Source of the DNA: Candidatus Saccharimonadota bacterium
GTDB lineage: Bacteria; Pseudomonadota; Gammaproteobacteria; Enterobacterales; Enterobacteriaceae
DNA length: 32,000 nucleotides
Direction: 5' to 3'
Assembly: GCA_049942765.1 (NCBI GenBank)
Contig: CP188086.1
Location: forward strand, 210,001 to 242,000
Of the stretch, positions 30,178-32,000 are shown in pieces. Positions within the stretch are counted from its first letter, which is position 1. The number at the start of each line of letters is the position of its first letter. The position numbers and the translations under genes were made by a program. A model generated the notes under the pieces. That model worked only from the letters and a program-made list of their open reading frames with translations. It was not told the DNA's origin and did not search any database.

Positions 30178-30434
30178 TATTGTTTTGATATTTTTAAAAA
30201 ATAATTGATTTTAATAGTAGTTATTTAACTATAATATTACATATTTTTGTATGTGTCTTTTTAATATAACAATTAGTTAGATGTGTGTAATATATATATT
30301 ATTTTTATGATTTTTATATTTATGAAGAGTGATATTATATTTTTATAAAAGTAATTTATTAATTATTTAGTTTAAGTGTTATATCAGATAATATTTTTGT
30401 TCGTTTATTTTTTAACTACTTAGGATATTTCGTT

Positions 30435-31376
30435 ATGGTATTATTGCATAATATTATTTCTAATAAATTACTAAAAAGTAAAATACTATATGGTAATAGA
30501 GTTACTATTTCTTTTTATAAATATATTTATATTAATGATCCAGTATTATTTCGTAATAATATTTATATTTTGTTTAGTTCTTTAGACATTTTAGGAAGAG
30601 TATATATTTCGCATGAAGGTATAAATGCACAAATTAGTCTTACAAAAAATGTTGCTTTACATTTTAAACAAACATTGTTTAATTTTTCTAATTTATTACA
30701 AGATATTCATCTTAATTTTTCAATAATAGATTCTAATTATTCATTTTGGGTGTTAAAGGTTAAAGTAAAAAAAAAATTACTTGCTGATGGTATTGATGAT
30801 ATACATTTTAATCATAAAATGTCTGGTCAATATTTAAATGCCATAGAAGTAAATCAGATGTTTTCTGATAAATGTGGATCTATTTTTGTAGATATGAGAA
30901 ATAATTATGAGTATGCTATTGGGCATTTTATAAATGCCATTAACATTGATCAAGATACATTTCGAGATCAATTAAAAATAGTAGTAAATGTATTACAGCC
31001 ATATCGTAAGAAAAATATTGTAATGTATTGTACCGGTGGTATCAGATGCGAGATAGCAACATCATGGTTAAAATATCATGGTTTTAATTATATATATCAT
31101 GTTAAAAATGGTATAATAGGTTATGTGCATGAAGCACGGAAAAAAAAATTACCAATTCATTTTATAGGTAAAAATTTTGTATTTGATGCTAGGTTGTCTG
31201 AACAGGTGTCGGAGGATGTATTAACTGTATGTACTCAATGTAATTGTTCTTGTGATCAATATGTCAATTGTAAATTTTCATCTTGTCATTTATTGTTTAT
31301 ACAATGTAGGAATTGTATTATTAAATTTAACGGTTGTTGTTCATTTAAATGTCAACAATTATTTTTGAATCAATAA
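30435..31376 (+). CDS. trhO: Rhodanese-domain tRNA uridine(34) hydroxylase TrhO (YceA)
   Basis: VTISFYKYIYI...GRVYISHEGINAQIS...FWVLKVKVKKKLLADGIDD...FVDMRNNYEYAIGHF...IVMYCTGGIRCEIATSWLKYHGF...FIGKNFVFDARL...CHLLFIQC matches E. coli YceA, including the active-site CTGGIRCE loop. Confidence 0.9.
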   Translation: MVLLHNIISNKLLKSKILYGNRVTISFYKYIYINDPVLFRNNIYILFSSLDILGRVYISHEGINAQISLTKNVALHFKQTLFNFSNLLQDIHLNFSIIDSNYSFWVLKVKVKKKLLADGIDDIHFNHKMSGQYLNAIEVNQMFSDKCGSIFVDMRNNYEYAIGHFINAINIDQDTFRDQLKIVVNVLQPYRKKNIVMYCTGGIRCEIATSWLKYHGFNYIYHVKNGIIGYVHEARKKKLPIHFIGKNFVFDARLSEQVSEDVLTVCTQCNCSCDQYVNCKFSSCHLLFIQCRNCIIKFNGCCSFKCQQLFLNQ

Positions 31377-32000
31377 TATAAATGTATTATACTATACAGT
31401 ATTTTGTGATTTCTTTAATAAGTTTTCTAAAATATAGAATTATGTTGTTCATTGTAGTTATGAGAAATTAAATATTTGTATAACCAGTAATTTTATATAT
31501 ATTTTGGTTTTGATTATTTTGTCTGCATGATGAATATTAATATATATGATAAAAATATCAGATATGTTAATTAAATAAATATTGAATTAATACATTTAGT
31601 TAATAATAATGTTTGGAATTATTTTATTGATATATATATTTATATAGTATTTTTTTTTAGAAAATGTATTTATTATACAATAATATTTACTATATAATAA
31701 ATGTTCCATTTTATTTAAAATAAATATGAATATTTATTCTATATTTTAATTTAATAAATAAAAATATTATATTTAATGTTTATAAATTCACATAAAACAT
31801 AAATATAATTTCATATATAAAATATTTGTTTTCTATAAACATAGTGTATAACAATTAATATTGTATATTAGTTATTTAACCTTTATTTTATTTTTTTAAA
31901 ATGTTTTATTAATCTAGAATAGATTTCGTTATGTATTTATTTTTTGTAATATGTAATTATTTTTTGTTATTAAGAATTTCTAATTCTTGCCATCTATTGA

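Noticed and set aside
31377-31956. About 580 bp of A/T-rich sequence after trhO, scanned for ORFs and RNA genes
   Set aside because: It has no ORF of meaningful length, no G/C-rich structured segment and no convincing terminator. It is treated as spacer.
31957-32000. Possible 3' end of a - strand gene entering from the right edge (reads ...NRWQELEILNNKK* with stop complement at 31957-31959); an AAGAATT/AATTCTT hairpin at 31972-31988 overlaps it
   Set aside because: Only 14 codons are visible, another frame gives an earlier stop, and no family can be assigned. That is too little sequence to call.

Overview
This window is extremely A+T-rich, by eye roughly four-fifths A+T, and the spacers are almost pure A/T. 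Its gene content and order match a strongly reduced gammaproteobacterial insect endosymbiont. Buchnera aphidicola is the best fit. That call is an inference from E. coli-type synteny blocks (rplM-rpsI; rplU-rpmA-obgE; greA-rlmE-ftsH-secG-leuU; nusA-infB-rbfA-truB-rpsO-pnp-deaD; ridA..argI; pepA-valS) and from retention of pheA and argI; no database search was possible.

I can support 23 intact housekeeping CDS, with ffh truncated by the left edge. I can also support one frameshifted secG, one tRNA-Leu(GAG), and four well-placed intrinsic-terminator hairpins.

I found no rRNA, CRISPR array, transposase/integrase/phage gene, long repeat, toxin-antitoxin pair or recognisable defence gene. I see no evidence of a novel multi-gene system here.

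About a quarter of the window is ORF-free spacer. Using my coordinates, about 24.4 kb of 32 kb is genic. The larger spacers sit where E. coli carries murA/ispB, yhbE, yhbY, folP-glmM, metY-rimP, nlpI, pyrBI and holC, so they look like gene graveyards.

The most checkable oddities are:
- secG is split inside a T9 homopolymer, which means a pseudogene, a sequencing error or rescue by transcriptional slippage.
- PheA has both Phe-sensing motifs (GALV, ESRP) replaced.
- rlmE carries an in-frame A13 tract.
- ibaG is retained although its operon partner murA is gone.
- Homology and SD spacing support non-ATG starts for pnp (TTG) and ftsH (TTG).

All protein identifications come from by-eye comparison with remembered E. 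coli orthologue sequences, not from computed alignments.
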